NCBI GenBank assembly: GCA_026936335.1
Contig: JAPMXV010000060.1
Coordinates: 186,001 to 250,000, forward strand
DNA from: Mantamonas sphyraenae STR306
Lineage: Eukaryota > Protista > CRuMs
Reading direction: 5' to 3'
DNA length: 64,000 nt
Below the pieces are notes generated by a model. The model worked only from the letters and a program-made list of their open reading frames with translations. It was not told the DNA's origin and made no database searches. The translations under genes were made by a program, and so were the position numbers. Below, one piece after another: positions 11,601-25,689 of the stretch (positions are counted from its first letter, which is position 1; each line of letters opens with the position of its first letter).

Positions 11601-14600
11601 ACACATCCCAGGTATTCGAGGTATCCACTGGCAAGCACACAATCGCCCACCACACTGTGTTGCCATCCGGTCACCCTGTCCAATTCCTCATGCCACCCAT
11701 CCAGAAGCTCCTGCACACTCGCTTGCACCCGTTTGCAGTTGTCCAGCCGTTTGCTCTTTGCTTCCAGCTCCTTCTTCACCGCACTCAGCCGCGTGCGGGC
11801 TCGTCCCAGCTTCCCTTGCTCCTCGCTCAGCGCTGCCGTCAGCTCGCCCACCTGCTTGCGTGACTTGAGCACCTGTGCACGCTGCTTCTCCAACGACGCT
11901 TCGCTGTCTTCCATTCGGTCCAGGATCGTGTGCGCCGCCGCGTCTTGGTCTCGCAGTAGAAACAGCGCCTTGATCCAGCTGCACAGCTTCTGCAGACACT
12001 CAATCTCCACAGCCTTGGCTTGAAAGTCGGGGTTCTGCAGGTACTCTTCGTCTACCTGGTATGCCACGTCCTCGTCCATCTCTTCGAAATCGTATGCACG
12101 CACACGGCCAAGGAACTCGTCGTCAGTCACCAGCGCCACCGTGGCGTCCCAGTCGTCTTTGTCCACGTCAAACAGCAAGGCCACAACCTGCATCACACTC
12201 TGGCTCAGGTTGCTGAACGAGTTCTTGCTTAGCTTGGACAACACCAGCAGATCGCTGCTCTCCAGCGACACAATACCAGCCATGGCAGATGCAAACGTGT
12301 TGTGTGCGTTCTCCAGCATCGTTTGTGCTCGCTTGCGCTCGTTGGCAATCTGCGCCTCTTCCCTGTCCAACTTGCTGGCCACCAGCGCAATGCCGTCCTT
12401 GCGACTCTTTTCGTTTCGGCTGCCCTTGCTCACGTTGCCCTCCCGCTTCTCAATTTCCTTCTCCAGTGCCTGCTTCTCCACATCCAATTCACGCATTTCC
12501 GCGCGCAACCCAGAAATGTCGTCCACAAACGACCGCGCCACGCCAATGGCCATTTCCAGCGACCGTTCCCTCTTCTGTAGCGCCTCTTCGCGACGCACAC
12601 GCAGCGCCTCGAAGCGTTCCAGATGCCTTCGCAGCTTGTGATGGGACACCACCAGTGGCATTCCTCCACGTGCACTCAGCTGCGCCGCCATCCCCTGCAG
12701 ACTCGTCATCATGTGCACCGCCACGCTGCCGACCCCCTCCGCGGTGCCCTCGTCACCCAGCTTGGTTGGAATGTCGTGCAGGATGCGCAGCGACTCAAAC
12801 AGCAGCGCGGGTGTGCTCTCACGCGGTGCATGCATCAGCTGCGAAGCAAGCGCAATCTCGCCCACGCGATCCAATGCAGCGTCGATGTGCTCCTCTTCGT
12901 TGCCAAACACGTCGACAAACACATGCACCCGCTCGGCCAGATCCTCACTGTACAACATCAACGCCTCCACCTGCCGAACACACCCTCGCATGGCACGCGC
13001 TCCCTCGCGGCTCACGTGGGTGCTATCCACAGCCAGCGAAAGGTACAGCAGCACAGTGGCGCCGGTGTGTGTTTTCAGGTATGCACGCAGTGCGTTCAAC
13101 ACATGCAACGCCTGTGCCTGGCCCTGAGGCGTCACTACTCGCTCCAGCGACACTGCGTACAATCGCATCCCCAAGCTGTACGCCACAAAGCGCGCCATTT
13201 GCAGGCTGTGGTGCCGCTGTGTGGATCCCAGATGGGTGCACACAATGTGGCCGTGCACATGGCGCAGCACACGTGTCATGTGTGCCGTAAGTTCAGTGAT
13301 TTCTTCGGTAAACACCAGTCGGAACGGTCTGTCGTGGGGCACATGCACGGGTGCTTCCAGATACAAATTGGCAGAAGTGCGGTCGTGGTTTACAGCCACC
13401 ATCTCCAACTCCACCGTGAGGTCATCTGGAGTGTACCAGCCAAACGGGTGATTGGAGGCGATGGTGCCCCCTTGCGCTTGCCTGCAGCCGATGCGCGGCC
13501 CACGCAGCACGCAAGCATGTACTGCTTGCGACTAAGGTCTACCACGGCGTCCAGGTGGTCAATCAGCCTGTCTTGGATGCCTCCATCCACCATCTGCATC
13601 ACACGCGTGGCATCCACGTCCACACGCCCGGCAAACGCGTGCACCATCTCTGTGTACCACAGCGACACCCACGCGTGTGTGTCATCGCGCACATCCTGCA
13701 ACTCCAGTTGCTGCATCACCTTCATCAGCCGTGTGAGGTCAAACAGCGTCATGGCACTGCGGCTGTCCTGCGCATGCAACGTTTGCAGCTTCTTGTACGT
13801 GTCCACCGTGCACCATGCAACGTCCGCCACCAAAGCTTCCGGTGATCCACGCACCACAGGTGCCAAGGCCAGCTGTTCCCCACAGTAGTGGCGCAGTGTC
13901 GACGCCGTCCAATCTTGCACCTGCACCCACTGCACGCGCCACGCGTACCGCCACCACGCACGCTGCTTCAACTCGTCCAGTGTGCTGCGTGCACTTAGCA
14001 GCACCTGTGTGTCCAGCAGTTGCCAATGGCCGTGTCCGGGCGTGTGGAACCCTCCAAGAGCGGTCAGTTCGCGCACGCCATGGAAGCTGTAGCCAGAGCG
14101 GAAGTGCACGTCGTCCAGAGCCACCACCACACGCCTGCCTTGCATTCCACTGAGCACATGCTTGCTCTCGCGGTACATCTCCTTTGTCAGCCTGTTGCGC
14201 ACCGCTTCCATGCCTCCTTGGCGTCGAAGCTGCATTGCCATCACCTGCTTGTCGTTGTCTCCACGCATCTGTTCCGTGAAAAACTGCCACAGGCGACTCT
14301 TTCCCGTGCCTCGCCGACCCACAAATCCCACGTGCAGACCTGCGCCAAGCAGTACCCGCGACAAATGGACCGCGGGAGCCGACTCTGCACCGAGGAAACC
14401 CACCTGCGGCTCGCTCGCAAGCACTTCCGACCAGGAACACGGAATGCCACGGCGCAATGCGACGTCAAACAAGCTCACGTCGTCGTCGCTGCCGTACGTG
14501 GACGTGGCACGTACAAAGGCCGTTTGCTCGAATCGCTGCCACAGGAAGGCTTCAAACGCACCAGCACACTCCGGGTCGTCCATGGGCGAGTACTGCACTC

Positions 14601-17600
14601 CCAACGTCCACAGCAACGTAAACACAAACACGTTGTCCACACGCGCCGTGATGTCGTCTGAGGAGGCACCTGTGTCCTCCTCGGCATCGGCATCCGACGA
14701 CACATGCTCCGCCAACATTGCCTCCAAGAAATCCAGCACACCACGCACCACAGGCATTTCGCACCCAAATACAGTGGCACCTGACGGAGAGTGGGTTGCC
14801 ACGCACTTCATCGCATCCTGCAAGTGTTGTGCCAACAAGCCATGCAGGTGATCCAAAGGCAGGGTGGGAGCCATCCGTCCGATCCAGTGCTCCAGCTGCA
14901 CGTCCACTGTCAGTGTGGCGCCGACATGGACTACTGCACTCTGCACCAGCATACTGGGTGCCATGGTGCTCAAGTCGTCCGTTTCCAAAAGAATGTGCAG
15001 TTGCGATGCCTGCGAATGCGCGGTCAGCAGCTCCGCATCCGCCGCACCGACAGAGCCGTCCAGAAGCAACCACTGTTTCACACCTGTGTCTGTGTCATGT
15101 GTGTCCAGAATCCGATGCAGCACACCGTCCTTGCCACCTTCGTAAAGTTGCTCGGGTGTGTACGCGGCCGGATGGAGCAAACGCACCGCTGTGGCGCCGA
15201 CCAGCGGCATGGTCGACGCGAGCTGAACGTACTCGCGTTCCATGCGAATGTGGAACCACGAAGGGAATCGGCACGTGCCTGGATGGCACTCAGGCCTTTG
15301 GCCAGGGAGGCGATCACGGTCGACTTGCCACACCCGGCCGGTCCACACAGCATCACCAGCTTTTCCGTGCACAGTGCTTGGTACACATGCCAAGCGCTGT
15401 CTTGAAGCAATTCCGTAGAGATTTGGAAGCCGTTGAGCAGCTGGTTGGCGACAGTGGAAAGGAGCAGGGAGGCCGCTCGGCCATCGTCGCCGTCCACACT
15501 GTCCATGTCATCGGGATAGTGAGCAAGAACGGCGGCATGGACCCTCTCTGGCCACTCCTTGTCGTCATGCATGGGTGAAAGGACATCCAACAACGCCTGC
15601 GGGACGTCGCGATCTTTGCGTACGAGTTGCATGACCCGTGCGAGAGTAGCCAAGCGCGGAGGCTGACAGAGGTCATTCAGCAGGGTGCTGACCTTGTCTG
15701 CGTGCGCGTGTGCGTCTTGCACGCCACACTGCACCAGTGTGGACAGAGCCATGGGCCTCAAATCGGGATCGCTCACCTGTATGGCCACAGTGTGTGCCAG
15801 CACACTGGTGGGCATGCTATCTGTGCCAGCACATTGTCCTGACCCATGGTGGCACACACTATGCTGCTGGGATGGATGTTCATCAGCTGCTGCTGTTCCT
15901 GAAGCACCACAAAATCCACCTGCTTGCGTCGACCTCGCAACATGGCTTCCAACAGGTCGCTCACTCGACTGCACACCACGGGTGGCAGCCACTGGACGTT
16001 TTGTAGACACAGCAGGTGGTGTTGCGACACCACACCCAACACCACGCGTTCCAGCTCGTCAAAGGTGCGCTGTCGATGGCACGCCACGCGCACTGTGTGC
16101 ATACCCAACACCACACCCAGCTCCTTGACCATGCTCCACTTTCCCGTGCCTTGCATGCCCTGCAACACAGCAAGTCTGCCCGCACGACTCACACTGCACA
16201 TGTCTGCCATGTGTTGCTGAGTCTCCGCAGTGGCCATGAACGTGTCCTCCACGCCGTGAAACTCGAATCCAAACGCGTGTTCCACGTCACCCATGCACAC
16301 CATGCACTGCATGGTGGAAAAGTGCCATTCGTAGCGCAGCTGCCGCACAAACACGTACTCATACACAGAACGGCACCCGGCGTCCACCAACGCACGAGTC
16401 ACTCGCAGCCGCTCAAGCAGCATGCCACGCACCTCCACAGGCACTGCCACAGGAGCCACAGCATCCTTGCCACGTTTGCCACTCCTCCTATCCGCACTGC
16501 CTGAGCTTCCTCCACTCGCATGGCTTCTGTCCGACTGGTCTCCACCATCGCTGCCCGTGTGTTCCATGCCACCCGTTGCTGCTGACGTGTCGTCGAGATC
16601 GCTGTGTGCATGTACACGCTGTCTGTGATCCGTTTCCTGCAGATGGTCGACCAGCGCCTCCAAGGAGCGAGCCACCGCATCGACGCCTTTGTGCTCGTCC
16701 AACAGCCGCAACACGTGACGCGACCACCAGCAGTGCAACCCAACCTGCAACGCCTGCACACAATACCGTCGCACCCATCGTTTCAGGGGCAACCGCGTGT
16801 GCAACGGCACGTCATCCGCCTCCAGCACCACCTTTTGGATTTGCCATTGCAGCGATGCCTGCATGCGCTCCTCCAAGGCTGGAAGCCACTCCAGCGATGA
16901 CGCAGATCTCTCCACACGCACCCCTCCGTCGATGAGACGCAACACCTGTCCGTTGCCACTGCACACGGCCGTGATCATCTGCACAGGACCGTCACTGTCA
17001 TCATCTCGTGCCGTGTTGTCTTCCAGCGCCACCAGCGCCGCCTGTGCACTCGAACCACTTGCTTTCATGGCTTCGCGTGCGCTGTCGTACCGATCTACTT
17101 GCAAGGAGGCGACGTCGGCGAAGCACGGAGCGGCAAACGACATCACGGCGGCAATGTCGGTGCCACCGGCCACTACACGCAACACGTCCATGTCGTCCAA
17201 GTAGTGAAGTCGAGGCCACTTGGGACGCAGGGTGGGTACATGCACACATAGAGCTTCCATGAGTGTGTGCAGCTCCTCGTTGAATCGTTCGATGTCGAGC
17301 TGCACCTGTGAGTGTTGCGACAGCTGCAACAGCGACGACTGTTCCGAACTGGCACGGCTGAACGCGTGCCACTCGTTCTCCACCTTTGCAAAGCGCTGCG
17401 CCACGTCGTCGTCGCGCAACACGTAAACCAAATGCGCCAGTTGTGCCACCAGGGTACGACACGGTGTCCATGCGTCCAGGAATCCCACCATGCCCACCAG
17501 TTGCTGCTTCATCTGCTCCAGCTCCGTCAGGGTGCCCACGCTGTACTCTGATTTCATCATGATGGCCAGTGCCTCTTCGTTGCGCTCCAGCATGCTCAGC

Positions 17601-20600
17601 AGTGACGGCACGTTGTCCTCGTCCAGTGACAGATGCGAACCCTCCCACTGATTTTTGATGGCGTCGATGCCACGCGCAATCGAATGCTCTCCCATGGCTG
17701 TACTACACACGGTCTCCATGGCTTCCATGTGCCGTTGCACACCCAGTTCCACAAGGTCAGCCAACGACACCGCCAGCCCTGCATAGTCACCTGTGCCTTG
17801 TGTCGATGAGCTGGCGTCCACCTTGGTGTCTTGGGCCGTTCCATTCTCCATCCTTTGCTCCGCGTCGTTGCCCCCGGCCTCGGTGATGCTACTGCTTCCA
17901 ACGTCGTCACCGCCACACATGCTCTGCAGCTTCTCCTCGCTGCACCCTACGCGCTCAAACAGGGCCAACCAATGCCGTTGCTGCAGATGCGAGGATGCCA
18001 ACTCGTCAAACACATGTAGCACAGGCTCCATGGCAGCCACCTGCTGCTGGAGATGCACCACCACAGGATGGTCGGCATCCACGAGAGCCATCTCATGGGT
18101 GCTGCGTTGCAACGTGCCAAACCGGTCCAGGGTCTGGTCGCGCACGAGTTCCAATTCGTCCGGACGAAATCGCACAGCCATCAACGATGCCAGCTGCATG
18201 CCTTTCCACATCTGCTCCGTGTGTTCCAAGCGACGCATGCCCTGTTCAAACACCTCCCTGCAGTTTTCGTTTTGCATGCGCAGCGTATCCTGAAACTGCG
18301 CGTAATTGTTTGCTTCAAAGCGCCGTTCCTCCAACTCCGCTCGCACCCTGGCCAGCAGTTGCAGACTGGCATCTGGACGCGTGTCCACACGTTCAAACAT
18401 GTGCTTGTTCAGCTTGCTGACAATCGACTTGACGGTGGCGTTGTGTTCGGTGATCCCCCGTTCCAACGCATCCGTGTAGTTCTTGCGCATCAGCTCCTCG
18501 CGCGAGATGGACACCTGCACCGAATCACACAGCCGTTGAAACATGGGTTCTGTCTGCAACTGAGTCTCGGTGTCCTGTGCTGGCACACGCGCCCTGTGAT
18601 GAGCCAAGAATGAGTACAGCTTGTTGATGGCCGTAATTTCCGCCTGGAATCCACGCAGGGTCTCGTCCATCCCAGCCACCATCGATGCAAACGCGCAATA
18701 CTCGCCCAGTGAGTCCACTTCCTGTGCCATGCGCGTAAACAGCGAGCGAAACTCGCCATGCAACTGCAATGTACGCTCGGCTGTGCGTTTGCTGATTCGC
18801 GTCAACACTCGTGTGCGAATGCGTTGGATGGCCGGCAACAGCGCCTGTTGCAGGGATTCGGCTGTGGTATATACAAAGCCTGTGCTGTCTGTGGTCACTT
18901 GTGTGCTGTCGACCTGATCGAACTGCGCCTGCAACGCGTTGACATCGGCGCGAAAGTCGGCCAGCTCCTTCGGCTGCATGGCATCCTCGTCAGCATCCCC
19001 GGGTTTCAGGTGGAAGTTGGACAGGGTAAAGTCCAGGCATGATTGGTGAATGTGTCGAAGGGGTGAAAGGCCGCTTGCAAACTGCTGGGCCAGGGCGTAG
19101 CTGTGGGACACACGCTCGCCCATGGTCTGCAAGCCGTTGCGAAACACATGCCACTGAGACACCAAGCGACGCAATGCGCTGCCCTGCTCCGCACGCAGGG
19201 TGTCCACGTCCATGCCGGCCAATTTGTAAAACTTGACAAACGGCGTGTGATCAAACAGGAGGGGCACGCGATCCAGACGGTCCACCATGGCATGAACCAC
19301 CGCCTCCAGCACGGTGTATACCTGTCGCCGCGAAGGCACGAGTGCAAACCCATCCATGCTGGTGGCCTCTGTGTACCCTGTGTATGCACTGAGTGCATCA
19401 TCGTCTGCCTCCTCCTCCTCCTCTGCCTCCTCTTCCGCCTCAGTCCCGTGGATGCTTGGTCGGAGGAGTTTGTGCTTGCCATGTGCATCCGAGTGCACCT
19501 CGACGTCAAAGCAAGCGGCCTGGGGTGTGTCGAGAAGCTCGAGGATTCGCTGCATGTTGTGCATCACCATGCTCTGGAGATGGCCAATGAGCATGTGTTG
19601 ACAGATGCGCAGGATGACACCCAGATGTTGCATCTGTTTGCCGACGGCGTCGATGAGCTCCTTGCGTGTTGCTGCATCGGCCGAGGTGCCTGTTTGGTTG
19701 CACACGTCCAAGCAACACTGTTGCAATTCGTCGACTATGGTTCGTATGCACACACGCAGCACGCCTCACTGCGAACCATTTGTCGCTCCTGTGCGGCTGC
19801 AAACGATTCAAGGGTGCAGTGTTGCACGCGCGTGTCGAGCATATCCAGCGTGTCCAGGGGCAGGCACAGGGTGGCCACACGTTGCAGACACTGTGCATAC
19901 ATAGGTTCCACCACAAACAGGCGTGCTTGCAATCGGCGCACTGTTTTGCCAAAGCGTTTGCGGTTGGCGTTGGCTCGCAGTGTGCGGAAACACTTCCACA
20001 CCCGATGATACTTGAAGAAGGGCATGGCAGAGACCATGCGATACAAGTTGCTCTCGTGCATCCACTGACCCATGGGCGTGAAATCGGCCACTCCGTTGGC
20101 GTCCACGTGCGTGACCCCGTTCTTGGAGACAATGAAGTACTCGCCCGCTTGTTTCGCTCGCTTGCTGCTGATGGGTGTCAGTGTGTACGGCGCCGTTGCC
20201 ACGTATGTTTTGGGCGTGTTGTTGTCTGTCACATGACGTCCCGATCGGGTGGACGAGGACACACTGCCTCGGCTGCTGCTTGTGCTTCCCATGCTGCTGC
20301 TGCTGCTGCTGCTGGAGGACGTGTTGGGTCGCCACGTGGGAGACCCCGCCGTACGGTTTAGTTGTGTGCTGAGGTTGGGACTGAGGGGAGCCAGGCTGTT
20401 GGATGCCACTGTGCCCTTGGTACTACTGGGCGAAGGAGCCGGCGAGTACGCACGCAGCGCCCGCTCGACCGCCCCCTGCGACAGTGTGGAGCGAGGTGTC
20501 GTCATACGACCACTAAGAATCATGTCTGCCTGGTTGCGCAGCGCAAGCATGCGCAGATAGTTGGGTTGGGTGTTGCGCACGTCAAACAGCGCGCCCGGAG

Positions 20601-22183
20601 AAAAGGCCATTGGTGACACCTGGGGATGATGATGGTCAGAGGATGACATGCCCACTGAATCATCGTCGTTGCCCACACCTGCCGACCGCGTCTCCCCATG
20701 ATGCCATTCCGACTGCTGCGACGCCGTCCAAGAGGAGTCAGAGTGTGACGATGTCCATGAGGAAGAGGAGCGCACGTCGCGACTGCCATTGTCATCCACG
20801 GCGGAGGAAGAAGCCGATCCGTAGCGATGGTCGTCATGATGATGCCCACGATGTTGATGGCTGTGGTGGCGACGGTGTTCCCGTTCCTGTTCCCGTTCCC
20901 GCTGGCGCTGGCGCTGCTCCTGCTCCCGCTGCTGTTGGTACACGGCACGTTCGGACACGGCGGGTTCGTTGAAGCTAAAGGCGCCTGCGGAGCGATAGGA
21001 ATGGATGCCTGCGCTGTCTGCGTACGAGGTCTGCGGGGTGAAGGACGGAGAGGAACGGCCGTCGTCACTGTGTGCATATGCTTCCCCACGCTGATGTGCT
21101 GCGTCCAACAGAGCCTGCTGTTGGGATATGAACATGTCGTCGTTGTGTTGGGCCAGGGTGTGTTCGTCCAGACGCAGGGGAGGCACGACGACGATCTCCT
21201 CCAGCATCGAGGAGGGAATGCTAATGGGTTGGCCACTCATGCCACCGGGGGACCCGTGCTTGCCGCGTGTCTTGTTTGGTGTGCTTCGTACCAGCGACAG
21301 CATGGCGGAAATGGTTGCGTCAGGTGTGCTGGCGGCCACGCGAAGATCGGCCAACGCGCGCGTTTGCACAAGGGCGTCCTCGCCTTCGTCGTCCTCCTCC
21401 TCTTCCTCGCCCACGTGCAAGTGTACTTCCACGCTGGGTTGTGACGATGGGAGATGCAGGTGTTCACCACCTGGACACCATCATGGCTGATGTCACTGTC
21501 TTGCTCGTCGCCACTGCTCTCAAACGTGGCAAACAACTGCCGAGGCGCAGCGGCGGAGCCCTGCGAAACGCTCGAACGGCCATCGTCGCTGCCCAACAGA
21601 TTGATTTCCACAATGCCGTCCTCGTGGCCATCGTAGCTCTCGTTGCCTTGCATCTCTGCATCCAAGTATGGCTGTGTGTCGCGTGTGTCGTCCTCCACGG
21701 CATACTTGCCTGCAGAGCTGCCACCCAGCAACTTCCGCCTCCTCCCTCGCTCCCTCTTGAACCGCCCCGGCGTCGATGTACCCCCCATACGATCCAATGT
21801 GCGTTCTAGATCCGCATTGCTCACACTCAGGTCTTCCATCTGCATCCCCCCCCACCGAAACCAGGTGAGTGGAATGCTCCCACACAACACAACACACACA
21901 CACCGCCAAGGGGGAAACTTACATCCTGGCGTGATGGCAGACGGAACAACTTTTTGTAAGCACTGCGCTTGCCCGTGACTTTGCTTCCCTGCTGTGCCTT
22001 GCTCTTGCTTGTGGAAGGGGAAGATGCCCCTGCCATGAAGAGCCGCTGCTTCGGATGCGTCCTCTTTGTGTAGTCCTGAGGTTGTTGCACATCGGTGTCA
22101 TTGGATGCTGATGAGGATGATGAGGATGAGGATGATGATTGGCCTTGGCGCCAGACTCGGTGCCAGTCTGAGCTCTGGCTCAT
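8657..22183 (-). CDS. Highly divergent axonemal dynein heavy chain (DNAH6-like N-terminus), about 4400 aa, with one clear intron and five frame breaks
   Basis: DNAH6-type block YFIVSKNGVTH..DFTPMGQW..PFFKYHRVWKCF, linker HLQQRHW and FGFEFHG. P-loops GMQGTGKWS, GPAGCGKST and GRRGTGKSR. Stalk LCSWIKA, then VVGDCVLASGYLEYLG, LDPHE, GRWLVL and LFGLCFVHAVMRER. Intron at 21922-21840. Confidence 0.85.
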
Positions 22184-22345
22184 CGTCTCCACCGCCCCGT
22201 GTGATTGGTTTTGCTGCGATGGCGTTGTGTGCTTGTGAACCAGAACCATCAGCATGTCATGTGTGTGCATGCACTGTGTGTATGAGAGTGTGTGGGTGCT
22301 GCTGCGTCATTGCTGGCAAGGCAAACACAACCAGCAACCACACCA

Positions 22346-25293
22346 ATGGGTCAAGCTGACTCCAAGGTGTTCCCCTACGACGTGGGAGAATGTGTGTGTC
22401 CACGTGGCCAATCGCCAGGCAACCTTTGGAACATCCACGAGGGCACAGCCAAGGAGTCGGGTCAGGCAGTGACCATTTTCAGTTTGCCTGCCCAAGGTGC
22501 CTCCACCGACGAGCTTGCCGCTGCTCGCAACGCACTCAAGCGCATCAAAATGCTCAAACACCCCAGTGTGCTACGCTATTTGGACGGGTTGGACGACGAG
22601 ACCGGTGTGTCGCTGGTGACTGAGGCCGTGACGCCGCTCTCGCTCAAGTTGGACGAGCTTCGCGCGGCGGACGACCAGTCGGCGATGTGTTGGGGGCTCC
22701 ACCAAGTCACGGTGAGTTTGCAGCAAGCAAAAGGGGGTTGGGGCCAAAAGGAAACGCCAGAGAGGGTACACAGTGATCCAATGTCCATTGTGTGTGGTGT
22801 GTGGTGTGTGTGGGAGAGTTTGGAATGGGCGTTGGCCGGAGGCGCAATTCAAAGAGACACTCACTCACAAACTCACACGCGCACACACACACGCCACCAA
22901 CACCATCCATGAAACAGACGGGCTTGGCGTTTCTGAACGGAGTGGGCAAGGTGGTCCACGGCAGCGTGCACGTGGACACGGTGTTTGTGGACCGGGCGGG
23001 CGAGTGGAAGCTGGGCGGGCTGGAAACGGTGGGGGATTTCAACAAAGAGAGCTCGCCCGTGCTGACGTCTTCGTTCCAGGTGCCATGGCACCGTGGGGTG
23101 TATCTGTCGCCAGAGTTGAAGCAGAACGGGTGGCAGTTGATGCGCAACGAGCAAGCGCCTGTGCATATGGCGGATGCGTGGGCGTTGGGCTGCCTGATGT
23201 ACGAGGTGTTCAATGGGGCGGCGGGGTCCTTGCAACAGATGAAGACGACGGCACGCATGCCACAGTCGTTGGTACGTACGTATGGGAGCCTGTTGCACCC
23301 GCAACCGGGCAGGCGATGGAGTGCAGACAAGGCACTGGAGAGCGACTACTTCACCAGCAACGGGTATGTGAAGCTGCAGCTGTTTCTGGCCGAGTTGAGC
23401 ATCCAGAACGAAGGCGAAAAAGCCAACTTTTTCCGCACGCTTCCCACTGTGTTGGGAGACCTGCCTGTGGACATGTGCAAGTACAAGCTGCTGCCTGCGT
23501 TGCGTGACGGGCTGGAGTACGGGTATGCACCAGCACGCGCCATCGAGAGCATGCTGCACATTGGTCAGCAGTTGGATGAGGAGGAGTTTGCACGCATGTT
23601 GCAACCCACGCTGTTGAAGCTGTTTGCCTCGTCCGAGTGGCAGGTGCGCGATCAACTGCTGGCCAGTTTGCCCATGTATGCGGAACGGCTGAGTGAAGAG
23701 GTGGTCAACACGTCCGTGTATCCTAACCTGGTCAATGGGTTTGGCGACGAAACCGAGCATCTGCGTGACCTGACAGTGCGCAGCATGGTGTTGCTTGCGC
23801 CCAAGCTGAACGCCAAGAATCTCAACACGGATCTGCTGCGCTACTTTGCCAAGCTGCAGCTGGACACAGGCATTGCTGTACGCATCAACACCACCATCTG
23901 CCTGGGCAAGATCACACCGTACCTGGACAGCAAGACCCGAGCCAAAATCCTGGTGCCTGCGTTTTCTCGCACGCTGGGTGACCCCGAGGGCATGGCACGC
24001 ATGGCAGGTCTGCAAGCGTTCATGGCCACCAAAAGCTACTATTCGGCGGAACAGATTGCTCAGGCGGTGTTGCCGTCGGTGGTGCAGTTGACCGTGGACG
24101 AGGAGCAGCGTGTGCGTGAGGTTGCGTTTTCCGCCGTCCATGCGCTGCTGCCCGTGCTCCAGGCCCACTCGGACGAGATGACGGCACGTGCGGCGGAGGA
24201 CCAGATGCGTCTGGAGCAGGAAGAGGCACAGAGGGGCATGGTGGAAAAGACAACAACCGAAGGAGGGAGGGAAATCGAAGCCAAGGCGGCAGACAGCAGC
24301 GAGGGCATGATGGGATGGGCCATGAGTCTGGGCAAGAAGTGGTACAAGGGAGAAGAAGGCACTGTGGGAAGCGCATCGACTGCGTCGTCCAACAGCAGCA
24401 GCAGCAGCAGTAGCGGTACCAGCGGTAGCGGCAGCGGCGGTGGCAACAGTGCAGGGATGGGTGTGGATCAGCCGCCACAGGCACGAGGACACGTGGAGGA
24501 ACGCATGCCGGAGATTCTGGCATCATCAAACACACGCAAGAGCAGTGCAGGAGGCAACAGTGGCAATGCGGTATCCGGCATGGGAAGACAGAACGGCGGC
24601 AACGGCAGCGGCAACGGCAGTGGGGCAGCACTGGATGCGTTGGAGAGGGAACGCAAGGCGGCAGCGAGGAAGGAAGCACAGGCGGAACGGAGGCGGTTGG
24701 CGGCAGAGAAGAAACGCATGAGACAGGAAAAGGAACGGCAGCAACAGCAGCCGCAGGGTATGACTCTTGGAGACACGGGTGAACGCAGCAACAGCAGCAG
24801 CGGATCGCCGGCGAGTTTTAATCCGTTTGAGTCGCCGGAGCAGGAGAAGAAGGAAAGCGGCGGGATGAAGCTGGATTTGGGATCAGGGGCTGGATCTGGG
24901 TGGAGTCTGGAGACGAGCATGGGTGGAAGCACGACGCAGACGCAAAAAGCGACGGAATCGAGTGGAGGAGGGTGGGGAGACGATGACGATTGGGGTGATC
25001 TGGACGGGTTTGGTGGCAACAGTGCAGGAGGGAACCAAAGCAAAAAGGCAACCCTGACGGGCTTGAGTGGACTGGGAGGGACTGCAAAGAAAGCAACCAG
25101 CAGCAGCAGCAACACCAGCAGCAGCAGCAACAACAAAGGAGGGGGAAACGGCGGATGGGGCGATCTTGACGTGGGCCTAGGAGGAGGAGGCACAGGTGTA
25201 CATGGGAAGAAGACAAACACACAGACAGACGGGTGGGGAGGGGACGATGACGAGGATGACGGATGGGGCGATTTGGATTTGGATGCGCAGCTG

Positions 25294-25324
<31 letters not shown>

Positions 25325-25635
25325 AGGGAAGCAAGGGAAGCAAGGGAAGCAAAACACAGGGAACGGATTGGGGAGATCTGGACATCGGTTTGACGGGTGG
25401 GGGCTCGGGTTCAGCGGGAGGAAGAAGCAGCAACACCAGCAGCGGGGGTGCAGGGATGCAGTTGCAATCACCACAGGTGAGGCAGCAGAGAGCAGGAGGC
25501 AGCACAACACAGGCACCACGTGCAAGCGCGCTTTCTGCAGCGTCTCCAAAGCCTGGATTGTCACCCAAGGTGGGCCTCAAGCTGCAACGCAAGGGCAACG
25601 GCCGCAAGCTGTCTGCACTGAGCAGCAAGCGGTGA
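22346..25635 (+). CDS. SCY1-like pseudokinase (kinase-like domain, HEAT repeats, WGDLD-repeat tail), 2 exons
   Basis: Motifs AARNALKRIKMLKHPSVLRYLD, VHGSV..GEWKLGG, DAWALGCL and VRINTTICLGKI. MG N-terminus (possible myristoylation). Intron at about 22712-22917. Confidence 0.9.
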
Positions 25636-25638
25636 GGG

Positions 25639-25664
25639 GGAGAGAGAGAGAGAGAGAGAGAGAG
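25639..25664 (+). repeat. (GA)n microsatellite between convergent genes
   Basis: About 12 GA units directly visible in the sequence. Confidence 0.9.
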
Positions 25665-25689
25665 GCGAGAACAAAGAGAGCGAGCTTTC

